Assembly: GCF_030684315.1 (NCBI RefSeq)
Contig: NC_081369.1
Coordinates: 9,834,035-9,898,034 of the forward strand
From: Stegostoma tigrinum
Taxonomy: Eukaryota
DNA length: 64,000 nucleotides
Direction of reading: 5' to 3'
Below are positions 39,936-51,256 of the stretch, in pieces. How positions within the stretch are numbered: the stretch's first letter is position 1; each line of letters opens with the position of its first letter. The notes under the pieces are model-generated. The model did no database searches. It was given only the letters and a program-made list of their open reading frames with translations, and had not been told where the DNA came from. A program made the position numbers and the translations under genes.

Positions 39936-40689
39936 GTAAGATGGAGAATTGTGAAATATGAAATATCCATGTTACACCCATCTGAGGTCAACACTGCAAC
40001 AATAGAGTTCTTTTTTTAAAGGCACTGTACAGTGTGAACGCAAGAACTTTTTTCATGTGTTATGGAGCAGGGCGTGCAGTGGTAATTCAGATGCCAAGGT
40101 TAAAAAAATGAGGACACAACCAGGTCAAGTAGAGCTAGAGATAAATGAGGAAATAATAAATATCTATTTTTCATTGGCTAGATGTTAACATGTCGTTGAA
40201 TGCATTAAACGCACTGGATTTCATATTTAGGACATTACTCCATACCACTGGAGCAGCTAATGAAACTTTATCGGAATCAATAGACTTGGAATGTAAAGCT
40301 GGCCTCAGCAGCGCTGATCATGCGAACTGTCATCAATTGTATCAGGGAAAAAAAAATACAGGGCATTGGTGAGAACACATTCGAAGTATTGTGTACATTA
40401 CTGGTCACACTCTTGATGGAAAGATATTAATTCATACAAAGCAGTGCAGAGAAGCTTTACTAGACTAATACCTGGAATGAGTAGATTCTATTACGTGACC
40501 TTACAATGATACGACATGAGTGTGCCAGTGGGCTTCAGGGAACAAAAACGACCATCCTTATCTGGTCTGCACCACATGTGAGCGCAGAGCCACAGCAACG
40601 TGATTGACTCTCAACTGCAATCTGGGCAGTTCGGGATGGGAAATGACTGCTGACCTAACCAGTAATGCTCACATATTTTGAATGAATTA

Positions 40690-43310
40690 ACAAAATAGAA
40701 TAAAGGAGTTTAGACTATCGAGCCTGCTGTACCAGTCCAACGAGTCCGCTCGAGTCCACCGAGATCAAAACTAATCTGACAAACCTCTGCTTCACTTTCC
40801 TGCTTCTTCTCTGTAACACTTTATTTCTTTACTATCTGGAACCACAGAAAACCATAGAGTCATAGAGCCAGACAGCCCGGAAACAAACCCTTTGGTCCAA
40901 CCAGTCCATGCCAAACATAATCCCGAATGAAACTAGTCCCAACTACCTGTTCCTGGCCTATATCCCTCCAAAACATTCCTGTTCACATATCCATGGAATT
41001 TCTTTTAAGCTTTGTAATTGTACCTGCATCCATCACTTTACCATGAAGTTGATTACACACGCGAAGCATCCTCTATGTAATAAACAATGCCACATATATT
41101 TTTAAGACTCCCTCCTCTCACCTTGAAAAAATTGCCCGCATTCTTGAAATCCCCCATCTCAGGAAAAAAAAACTGCCATCACCTCTATGTATACCTTTCA
41201 TTATTTCAAAAACCTCTATTAGTTCACCTCTCAACCTCGTCTGCTCCAGTGGAAAAAAAACATGTCCCAGCTTATCCATCCTTTCCTTACAATGCAAGTC
41301 AACCAATTTAGGCTTGACTATTCTGAAACTCTTAACTAAGACAATCTTTTGTCAGAAATAACTTGACAGATTCACTATCCTCTCGAAGAAAATACATCCT
41401 CATCTGTTTTAAATATGCAACCATTTATTCTGAGATTATGCCCTCTAGATCTGGGCTCTCTCGCAGAGGATGCAATATCTCCATGCCTATTGTCAAGTTC
41501 CCTACAGATGTTATGTGTTTCAATGAGGTTGCCTCTCCTTCTTCAATGAGACCAGGGCCAGCCTCCTCAACCTCTCCTCATAAGAGAGTTCCATAAGAGA
41601 AGAACCTTGTCTGCACTGCCTCTAATATCAGTATATGTCTTCTGAAATCGGGGAAGGAAACAGCTCACAATATTCAGCTATGGCCTAACTAGTACCTCGT
41701 ATACGTTTGGCCTACTTGTATACCCTATTCCCTTTGAAATAAGTCCCACATTTCATTTGCTTTCTCTGATACGTACTCAAATTATGTGCAAGCAATGTTT
41801 TGTGATTCATGCATGAGCAATCCCAAATCCCTCAGCTCCATGGCTTTATGACATCCTGCACTTACATAACATTCAGCTCCTCTACTCCTCCTGCCAAAAT
41901 GCATAATCTCACATTTCCACATTATACTCCATCTGCTAACTCTTTGCCAATTCATGTGTCCTCCCTGTACCCTTCTAAAAACTTTTTGTGTCATTCTCAT
42001 AACTCTGTATGTCACCTACTTTAATGTTATCCATGAACTGGCTGTTGTGCATACACTTTCTGCATCCAAGGCTTCCATATATATGTGTGGAATAAAATAT
42101 GGCCCTAGCACTAGTCCTATTTTCAATTCACAAATTCCATATTTATATTCTGAAAATGCTCTACCCCCATCCCAACTCTCAGTGTTTTATTCATTAATCA
42201 GTCCTCTAACCACATTAATGTACTACCTCCAAGGCCATGGATTTTTACCTTTTAAGTAGCCTAATGTGTGGTACCTTAGCAAATGCCTTCTGAAAATCCA
42301 AATATACTACATCCACTACTTGTCCTTTATCTGTTCTCATATTTACCCCACCACTGAATTCTAATAAAATTATAAGGCATAATTACCCCTGCATGAAGCC
42401 ATGCTAACTGTCCTATTTCTAAATACTTTACAACAAACTGAAGAATTCCGTCCAAAATGGATAATCAGCTAACAGGCCTGTATTTGCATCTTACTGTCTC
42501 CTGCCCTTGCAGATAAGGATGTTGGTTTGGCAAATTTATAACCCTCTGGGAGTCTTTTATTTCAAAATCTAAGCACTTCTAGATTACTACTGGTGCATCC
42601 AGTCTTCTGGTTACTTTCTGTGATATCCTAGAATGCATCCCATCAGGTCCAACATACCTATTAGACTTATGCTCCATCAGCTCATACCCCCCACCCCGAC
42701 AAATGTTTTCTCCAGTGAGAATTATATTTGTTTCATCTCCTCCTTATGTCCTTGAATATCTAATAATTTGGTAAGCTATTAGTGTCTTCTACTCTGAAAA
42801 CTAATTCAAAGTAGTCATTCAACACCTCTACTGTTTCCTGGTTCCCCATTATTCTTCACCTTATTTTTGACTTCTGTCTTCATTTTTGTAGGCTATAAGC
42901 CATAGGATAGGTATCCTCTTGAGCTTAGAAGATTCGGAAGCTACCTAGTCGAAACATACATGATCCTGGCAGACTTGGCCAGGTGGATGTTGAAAGGTTC
43001 ATTCCTTTTTTTGGAGAATCTCAAACTAGAGCTCACAGTTTAAAAATGAGGGACTGTCTATTTAATACAGGGTGAGGGTTATTTCTTTCTCTCATGGGGT
43101 TATGAGTCTTTGGAACTTCCTTCCTTAAAAGTAGATGCAGAAAATTTATTTTTTTTTAAGGCAAGGGTAGATAGCTTCCTGATTACCACGCAGATGAAAG
43201 ACTAGCGGGGTTGATGAGGGGCAGCGGTGCAGAAACGTGGAGTTGAGTATACTACAAATCAGCCATGATCTTATTGAACGAAGGTGTGAGCTTTTGAAGG
43301 GTTGAGTCGT
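40690..43310. mobile_element. Cluster of decayed CR1-type LINE pieces in intron 6 (mostly - strand; + strand piece at about 42900-43310)
   Basis: RLRGELIEVFEIMKG, KCEIMHFGRR and related RT 3' motifs. Confidence 0.7.
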
Positions 43311-44207
43311 CTGCACATATTACTTGTTTGCATGTTGCAGGAAATCTGCTGCTATGTTATTACCTGCCCGACATATGATCCTAGATTTCCAGCCACGTGG
43401 TTGATTTTTAACAACTAAAGCAAATGGCTTAGCAAGGTACTCAGCTCAAGACAATTAGCAATGAGCAACAAATACTGATATTCTTGCTGACATCCTAATT
43501 GGATGACAAAAATGCAAAATAAGGCCACTGTTCGGAAATCAAAACTTCCCTACTGATTTGGTTGGAAAAAGAAATCACGGCAGATGTAAAATGGGCAGCA
43601 AGCATTTACAGACAAAGTACCACACTGAGAACAATTTGCCTTATTCCTGCCTCGTTGACTCCAGCACCAGGAAAAAACAAAAACAAACCCAGGCAGGCAG
43701 GGGAGAGTACTGCCTATGATCACGTGCAACTTTACCACTTACTGTAATACCTTCCATGTTACCTGTACTGCACTAAACTACAGGAATTGAAAGGTCTTTT
43801 GTTTAAGCTGCCAACTGTACTGTGTTGGATCATCTCAACCAATGGTCACTGTATTCACCTAGAGTTCCAGGGATCGTAAGATCAGCTGAGGTGGTGTAAA
43901 AAGACAGTTGGAAACTTTGACTTGAGGCCTCTCCATGGGATAAGCAGATCAAATTGGTGGTCATGTCTCAGAATTTGGGGCTTGAAAGGGATGTTTTGCA
44001 ATATCAGCATTCCAAACACAGTTAACATGCTGGCATTTTATAGTTTTACTGTTTTAAATGAAGTAATTGCCTGTTCACCTAAATGGGAAATATTGATATT
44101 CTAATCCATTTTGAGAGAAGTACATACCAGAGTACCAAGAATTTTTATGGCAAGGCTACAGAGTCGAGAGAAGTCAAAGTTAGAAAACAATACAATCTGA
44201 AATTGGT

Positions 44208-44422
44208 GAGATAACAAGGTGTAGAGCTGAATGAACACAGCAGGCCAAGCAGCATCAGAGGACCAGGAAGGCTGACGTTTCGGGCCTAGACCCGAAGAAG
44301 GGTCTAGGCCCGAAAAGTCAGCCTCCCTGCTCCTCTAATGCTGCTTGGCCTGCTGTGATCATTCAGCTCTACATCTTGTTATCTCAGATTCTCCAGCATC
44401 TGCAGTTCCTACTGTCTCTGAA
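44208..44422. repeat. Inverted dimer of the Penelope terminal unit (intron 6, about 120 nt before exon 7)
   Basis: 16-bp TSD ACAATCTGAAATTGGT at 44192-44207 and 44423-44438. Confidence 0.9.
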
Positions 44423-44545
44423 ACAATCTGAAATTGGTAACTGATGACAGGAAATTTCACTAAAGCCTTTAAAATAAAACATTGACTGCCTTTGGCAATG
44501 AATGGACGAAAGACTAATTTGTGGTGCAAAATTTTGCCTTCACAG

Positions 44546-44686
44546 ACCAAGCAAGAAAACGAAAATAATAAGATGACTTACGCTAACCTGCAATTAGCTG
44601 CTTCCAAGAAAGCATCAAAACCCAAACAGCAGGACAGTTCTGCAGTATATGCAGAAGTAAAGGTGACAAAGAAAGCGAGAACCTAA
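44546..44686 (+). CDS. IgSF receptor exon 7: terminal cytoplasmic exon with MTYANL and AVYAEV motifs
   Basis: Acceptor TTTTGCCTTCACAG, phase 0. Encodes TKQENENNKMTYANLQLAASKKASKPKQQDSSAVYAEVKVTKKART, then TAA. Confidence 0.85.
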   Translation, partial: TKQENENNKMTYANLQLAASKKASKPKQQDSSAVYAEVKVTKKART

Positions 44687-45317
44687 AACGCTAAATACAT
44701 CAGGAAGATGGAAATATTAATGAATGCAGGTCCAGAACATTTTGTTGCGCATCATAAAACGCGCTTCTATCACTATTATCATTCATTACAGTCAGGCTAA
44801 GAACGAGCTATCTGGAATATCTGCGTCTATTAGGAAATGCTACATGGAAGAATTGTTGGCCAGTTCATTACAAAACCCATTCAATGTGACAAGTTGAAAA
44901 CTAATTTCAGACCAAGAGTTCTGGTTTTTGAACGCCCACTTTTATTGTGCGTGTCGACATTAACATTTAGTTTGTACCTAGTTTCATGAAGACAATTTAC
45001 ATTACTTTGGGGGACTGGCTACTGTTGGAACCAAAAGTAGTAATTCACTAAACACGATTTCCTATATGGTCTTCTTGGTCATGGGATAGGCAGGCAAGAG
45101 GAATGCCACTGCATTCAAAACTCCACAACTGACCCTGAAACCGTTTTCTTTAGTTCTTCAAGCTTAGTGCCTTCCATTTACAATAGTGAAACACCAAGCT
45201 CAACAGGCGCAGGGATACAATTAAATTCCACTCTTCAGGCGAAAAAATTACTAGAATGCACCAGCATCCGAGCTTTGATGCGGCCTGCGCTTCCGCGAGG
45301 AGTTCCAACAATTCATC

Positions 45318-46081
45318 TGTCAGGTTCGTTTTCGGAGACCCTCACGGACTTGCTGCAATAACAAGACACTGACCTGTTTAGAAAAACACAAATCCTTTTA
45401 TTACCAAGCAAGTACAAGCTGTGGAGAATCACTGTACTTAAACCCGGCCCAGAGTGCAGAGTCTCGCAAGTAATTCTCCCCGAGCAGTGGACAGTCCCCG
45501 CTTTTAATACCTTACAAAAGACATGATGCATAAAACAGTTTCACATTTTACAATGACATGAATCATGAAACAATTACTACAACAGACAAAAACATGATAC
45601 CAAACAATTAATACATCAACAACATAAAAGACCAGGATATAGTATCGATTGCTAGAGAAGTAGCTGCTAATGGCCGGAGGCAGATTCTGATTTCATGTTG
45701 CCAGTTTGTCTGGCGAGAACAAAGCCGGTGCCCTGGCCCCTTTGTCAGTGACAGAAGTTACATGCTTTAGAGGTTTCACACCTTTACAAATTTTCCCCAC
45801 CTAACCCTATTTGAAGCAGTTTGATTCTAATGTTAATTCAGTCAGCAAGCTTAAGACAGTGTCTGCATACTGATGTGTGAGAAGATAAGGAGTTACAAAA
45901 GCCTTACACTGAATTCTTAGCTGGGCAGTAAGCTTTAGGCAGTGTCTGCATACTTTATGTGTAGTTAGATAAGATTTTACTTCTATAAATTAAAGTATCT
46001 GTATAGGAATCAAATGCAGATAAAAGACTTTAATTTATAGAAGTATAGAAATCAATCGGATGTTATCACGTTAATATCTCA
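45318..46081 (-). mobile_element. Solo LTR (ERV- or Gypsy-type)
   Basis: TG...CA ends with 4-bp TSD CATC (45314-45317, 46082-46085); - strand AATAAA at 45397-45402; internal direct repeat CAGTGTCTGCATACT. Joining the flanks restores a Penelope RT frame EEFQQFINLVNAFHPALKFIW. Confidence 0.85.
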
Positions 46082-47769
46082 CATCAACCTCGTGAACGCC
46101 TTCCACCCCGCCCTCAAATTCATCTGGCAGCACTAGCATAGTCCCGAGAAATGACTGCCTCTTTGTAGGATTGGTAGAACAGTCCCACTTTCATACCTAC
46201 ACCGGCACCATCTCTCACCTCTTTCTCCACTTTATTGATGACTGTGTCGGTGCGAGCGTCATGCTCCTGTGAGATGCTCGAGCAGTTCATCAGCTTCACC
46301 AACACATTCCATCCCGCCTTCACATTGGCTCAGATCCGAGCTACCGCACCACGGTAGACAAAATGTATACATCATATTGTATTCACAAGTGAAATAGAAA
46401 ATTAAATATGGGCCCCATGGATTTTTTAAAATCAAACCTTTACTACTGGAGGCCGAGTGAGTTAGAGAGAACAGATTAGAAACAATTTATTGAAACAGAG
46501 AAGCAATTTAGTTCATGCTTCTCGAAAAGATGCCCATTTAGAGCCCAAACCCCGAGATCCAATCACGTCAAAACGATCCCTGACTGACGTCCGCCTGGCT
46601 GTCGTCCAAAATTGTGCTGTGTTCATTGCCTGTTCGATGAGTGCAACAAGGTGTAGGCACAGACTTCTGCTAAAAGGCGCCATTGCAGAACAGAGCAGAA
46701 CACAGAGGTGTACCCATGGTCCCAGTACTGCGGATCAATTTATTTCAAGCCTAATGAATTACAGGAGCAGAAAATGGTCAAGAGACGTGCCCAGGTCGAA
46801 TCCTCTACAAAGATTAGAGAGAGCTAGTCAAAAAACTTGCACCTGTGTTCAATGATTTAATTGGCCAACAAATCGTCGACATTCCTTTGTAAATAATATA
46901 TGGTCTGGCCAATGTATACGTTGACTTGTTATCTGGTCGGACATCGGCGCCACTTAAGTGTGGGGCTGTGAAGTGTCCTCAGGCATAATATTTTGGGACA
47001 ATTTATTAGGTGATGGTGGAGCAGGTCCGTTGATTTTGAAATTCCATTGCCTGCACGTATCAATTCGCTGCTTCAAAGCCGACAGGCTTGTTTGCCCAGC
47101 AGGGCGGGTGATTAGTCGGAGTGGGTCTGAACAACAGGAATTAGCAGGTGTAAGCCATCACCTATCATTTCATGTGGTTTGTCGAAGTTTCAAGCAGTGA
47201 CCTGTAATGTCTCACTGCATTGCATTTGATCCAAACTTAAGCTATGCTTGCACTTCATTTGCAATGTAAATTAAACTTTTCTTTATTCTCTCTATTAACA
47301 GACATTTCCAACCTGTTACTCACGATCTCTTTACAGATCTCTCGAGATACCAAAAAGCTGTAAAAAACAATGTACATTAAGACATAATTGCATGCATCAT
47401 TTTCAACGAATCTTAATATAAAATAATACATATCCACAGCAAATATTGTTAAATAAACAAAACAATGAACGATAGATGCTGGAAAACTGACTGAAAAAAA
47501 CCCTCAGAAATTACTACCCAAACTCAATAGATCTGGCAACATCTGTGGGGAGAACATGGAGTCAACATTTTTAGTACAGTGATGTTCCAGTCATCTGTCC
47601 TGACGAATACGACCCAGATTCTAAATTTCTCAGTGACATTCCCAGCTTCTGCCAGATACAATGTTCTACCACGCTGTCTCAGCCCAAAACTTAAAAGTAC
47701 ATTGATGTTCAACATCAAGACGTAACAGATTTCTCACTCCCGAAGAGGAAAAAAAAGGAAGAAAAGTTG

Positions 47770-49815
47770 AGATAACAAGTTGTGGAGCTGGATGAACAAA
47801 GCAGGTCGGATACCATCAGAAGAACAGGAAACGTGGTGTTTCGGGTCTGGATCCCTCTTCAGGAATGGGAGAGGGGAAGGAGATTCTGAAATAAATAGAG
47901 AGGAGGAGGAGGATGGAAGATGGATAAAGGAGCAGATAGATGGAGAGGAGGCAGGCAGGTCAAAGAGGCGGGGATGGAGGCAGTAAAGTGGAGTGTAGGT
48001 GGGGTGTTAGTGTGGGGATAGATCAGTCAAGGAGAACAGACAGGTCAACGAGGCATGATGAGGCTGGTAGGTAGGACTTGGGTGTGGGGCTTGAGTTGGG
48101 AGGAGCAGATAGTTGGACGGACAGGGCATGGAGGCGAGGATGAGCTGATCTGGTCTTGCAATGAGATCGGGGGTGGGGAGATTCTGAAGCCCTTGAAATC
48201 CACATTGAGACCATTGGGCTGCAGTGTTCCCAAACAGAATATGAGGTGTTGTGCGTCCAGCCTTCGGGTGGCATCAATGTGGCCAATGTGGTGATTTGGA
48301 GGAGGCCTAGGATGGACATGTCATCCAAGGAGTAGGAGAGGGAGTTGAAGTCATTCACGACTGGGATGGTCATTGTTTGCCATGAACTTAGCATAGCCTC
48401 CACTTGGTTTCCCTGAAGTAGAGGAGACCACGGATTCAATATACCACATTAGCAGTTGTGCAGGTGAACAGCTCCCTAATGTGAAAGGTTTCCTTGAGGC
48501 CTGGAATGGGGATGAGGGGGGAGGTGTAGGGGCAACACTTCCTGTAGTGTCAGGGAAAAGTGCCAGGGGTGGTGGAACAATGAGGGAGTCACAGAGAGAG
48601 CCATCCCTCTGGAAGGCAAATAAGGGTAGGGTGGGAAAATTTTCCTTACTTTTGGGGTCAGATTGGAGGTGGCAGAAGTGGTGGAGGATGATGTGTTGAA
48701 TCTGAGGGTTGGTGGGGTGATACGTGAGGATGAGGGGAAATCTGCCTTTGTTGTTATTGCAGGGAATGGGTGTGAGGAATGAGTTGTGGTAAATGTGAGA
48801 GACGTGTTTGAGGGCATTTTCAACCGCTGTGGAGGGGAAATTGCATTTCTTGAAAAAAGTGAGGACATCTGGGATGTCTGGGAGTGGAAGGCATCATCTT
48901 GAGAGCCACTGTGGTGGAGGTGAAGGAATTGGGAATAGAGGATAGCATTCTTACAGGAGGGTGGGTAGCTGTGGGAGTTGGTAGGCTTGAAATAGATATC
49001 AGTTGCCAGGTGGCAGAGATAGAAACACATAGGTCCAGAAAGGAATGAAAGGCATCAGAGATGGTCCAGGTGAACTTAAGGTTGGGGTGGAAGGTGTTCG
49101 TTAAGTGGATGAACTGCTCGAGCTCCTTGTAGGAGCATGGGGTGGCGCCAATACAGTCACCGATTTACCGGAGGAAGAGGTGGGGAATGATGCTAGTGTA
49201 GCTGCAGAAGTGGGACTGTTCCACGTATCCTTCAAAGAGGCAGGCATAACTTGGGCCATTCCTTTTGTCTGTAGGAAGTGGGAGGAGTTGAAGGAGAAGT
49301 TGTTAAGGGAAAGGACGGGTTGGCTAAGGGTGTCGGTGTCGGGGGCTGGTCGGCCCTATGGGAGAGGAAGAAGCGGAGGGCTTTAAGGCCATCTGCAAGG
49401 GGAATGCAAGTATACAGGGACAGACATCCATGGTGAAGATGAGGTACTGAGGACCAGGGAATCGAAAGCTTTGGAGGAAGTGGAGGGGTGGGTGGTGTCA
49501 ACGGAATAGGTGGGGAGTTCCTGGGTGAGGGGGGTGAAAATTGAGTCTGAGTGGAGATCAGTTCAGTGCCACAGGAGCAGGCAGAGGCAATGGGTCATCC
49601 AGGGCAGTCAGGTTTATGGATTTTGGGACAGAGATAGAAACGGGCAGTGTGGGGTTGTGGTTAGAGGCTGTGGGTGAGAGGTCACCTGAGGTGATGAGGT
49701 TGTGGACAGCCTGGTAGATAACGTTTTGATGATTGTGGTGGGGCCATGATCAAGGGGGTAGTAGGATGACGTGTTGGAGAGTTGGCGCCTGTCCTTGGCG
49801 ATGTACAGGTCAGTG
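47770..49815 (-). mobile_element. Older Penelope-like element copy
   Basis: Degenerate colinear similarity to 16800-19040 (TDIYFKPTNSH, GTLQPNGLNVDF, LYTCIPLADGLKALRFFL). Confidence 0.85.
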
Positions 49816-51074
49816 CAGTTTGGATTGGTACAAATTGAACTAATTTACTAGTTTTGTTCCACTAGAAGACTATGCTTCTTTACATCTCAAACTGCTAAAA
49901 GACGATTGGTTACTGTATTATAAAATCCAACTCCAAAAACCAAATTCTTGTGATTCATATCATTTATAGTCTCTGCAGTATGGTTGGGTATGTATATTTC
50001 AACATGTTCTGGAGTGAGAACCAGGTTCAAAGTCTCTTTCCCACTGTTGAGTGTTTCTATTGACACATATTTGTTATGAATGGAACGTAAAATGGCATCA
50101 ACAGCAATGCCTCTGGCATGAGCAGCCAATGTGAATCGCTTAACATAATTTGAGGCAGCCAGAACTTTTGCAGTATTAAGTGATGTAATGGACTCTGACA
50201 GTGTTGTCTACTTACATTTATTGCTATTCTTTCAGAACCTTGATGGAGTAGCCGCTAAGTACTGAAATTCAGAACAATCTTTCCATCAAATCCATTCATT
50301 CATTCTCCAGTCGTTCTGGCATTTTTCATGTTTCTGCCTTTTGCAAAAGAAATGTATTCTGCTTACGATTCTTGCCTCTTGCCCTTATTCTCATCTCATG
50401 TTAATTGCCTTGGATACTACGAACTCTTAGCGTCTGAACTCGTCTTCGATGTGGGATTTAAAAAATCGTGTAAAAAAATCACCTTGCCGAAGTGCCCGAC
50501 GACCACGTCATCTGCACTATCCTCATTTACACACTCAGTCATATCCTCTAAACATTCAAATTTGTTAAGCAAGCAGGCTATCATGAGTTCTTCCGTTCCG
50601 CAATAAGTAGAGAGTACATCTGCCATTCAGCATTTTTTCTTCTGGGCGTTCAGGAACCTTGAAGGATACTTTGTTGGGGAGTCCTCTGAGAAAGGTAGAG
50701 ATTTTTTGTTCTGGTGGTCAAAAGTTGGAGTGACAATCTCAGTGTAATCGTGGCTCATCAGATAATATGCACGAATGAGACTCAAAATAAGTTGAGAGCA
50801 TTTAAGATGCAACAAGTAGAAATATATATCATGTTATGATATGTTATCATGGGTCTAGTGATACGGAAATGCCATCATGCCAACATTTGCCAGCGGATTG
50901 ACTCTTCTGCAGGGGCATGTAATCAACTCAGAAGTGGAAGCCTATTTTTATGAGAGAGGGAATGTCAGGGTGTACTTTGTTTATACAGATGCTTTACCAT
51001 TCATTTCTTCATCTGGAGACTGCCGTCCAAAATGTTTCATACTGTGAGAGGAGGCGGGTACGCCATTGTAATAG

Positions 51075-51256
51075 AGATAATGGGAACTGCAGATGCTGGA
51101 GATTCCAAGATAATAAAATGTGAGGCTGGATGAACACAGCAGGCCAAGCAGCATCTCAGGAGCACTGATGAAGGGTCTAGGCCCGAAACGTCAGCTTTTG
51201 TGCTCCTGAGATGCTGCTTGGCCTGCTGTGTTCATCCAGCCTCACATTTTATTATC
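51075..51256. repeat. Inverted dimer of the Penelope terminal unit
   Basis: 16-bp TSD TACGCCATTGTAATAG at 51059-51074 and 51257-51272. Confidence 0.9.
51165..51194 (+). ncRNA. Minimal hammerhead-ribozyme-like motif (best-preserved copy)
   Basis: CTGATGA-A-GGGTC-TA-GGCCC-GAAA-CGTC-AG: CUGANGA and GAAA core boxes bracketing a short helix II. Confidence 0.65.

Larger units (their letters stand above)
39062..40248 (+). repeat. Direct repeat of about 118 bp (39062-39179 and 40131-40248) bracketing exon 6
   Basis: AGAG(T/C)TAGAGATAAATGAGGAAATAATAAATA..CACCAC/TACCAC, gap-free, about 15 mismatches by hand count. Confidence 0.9.
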
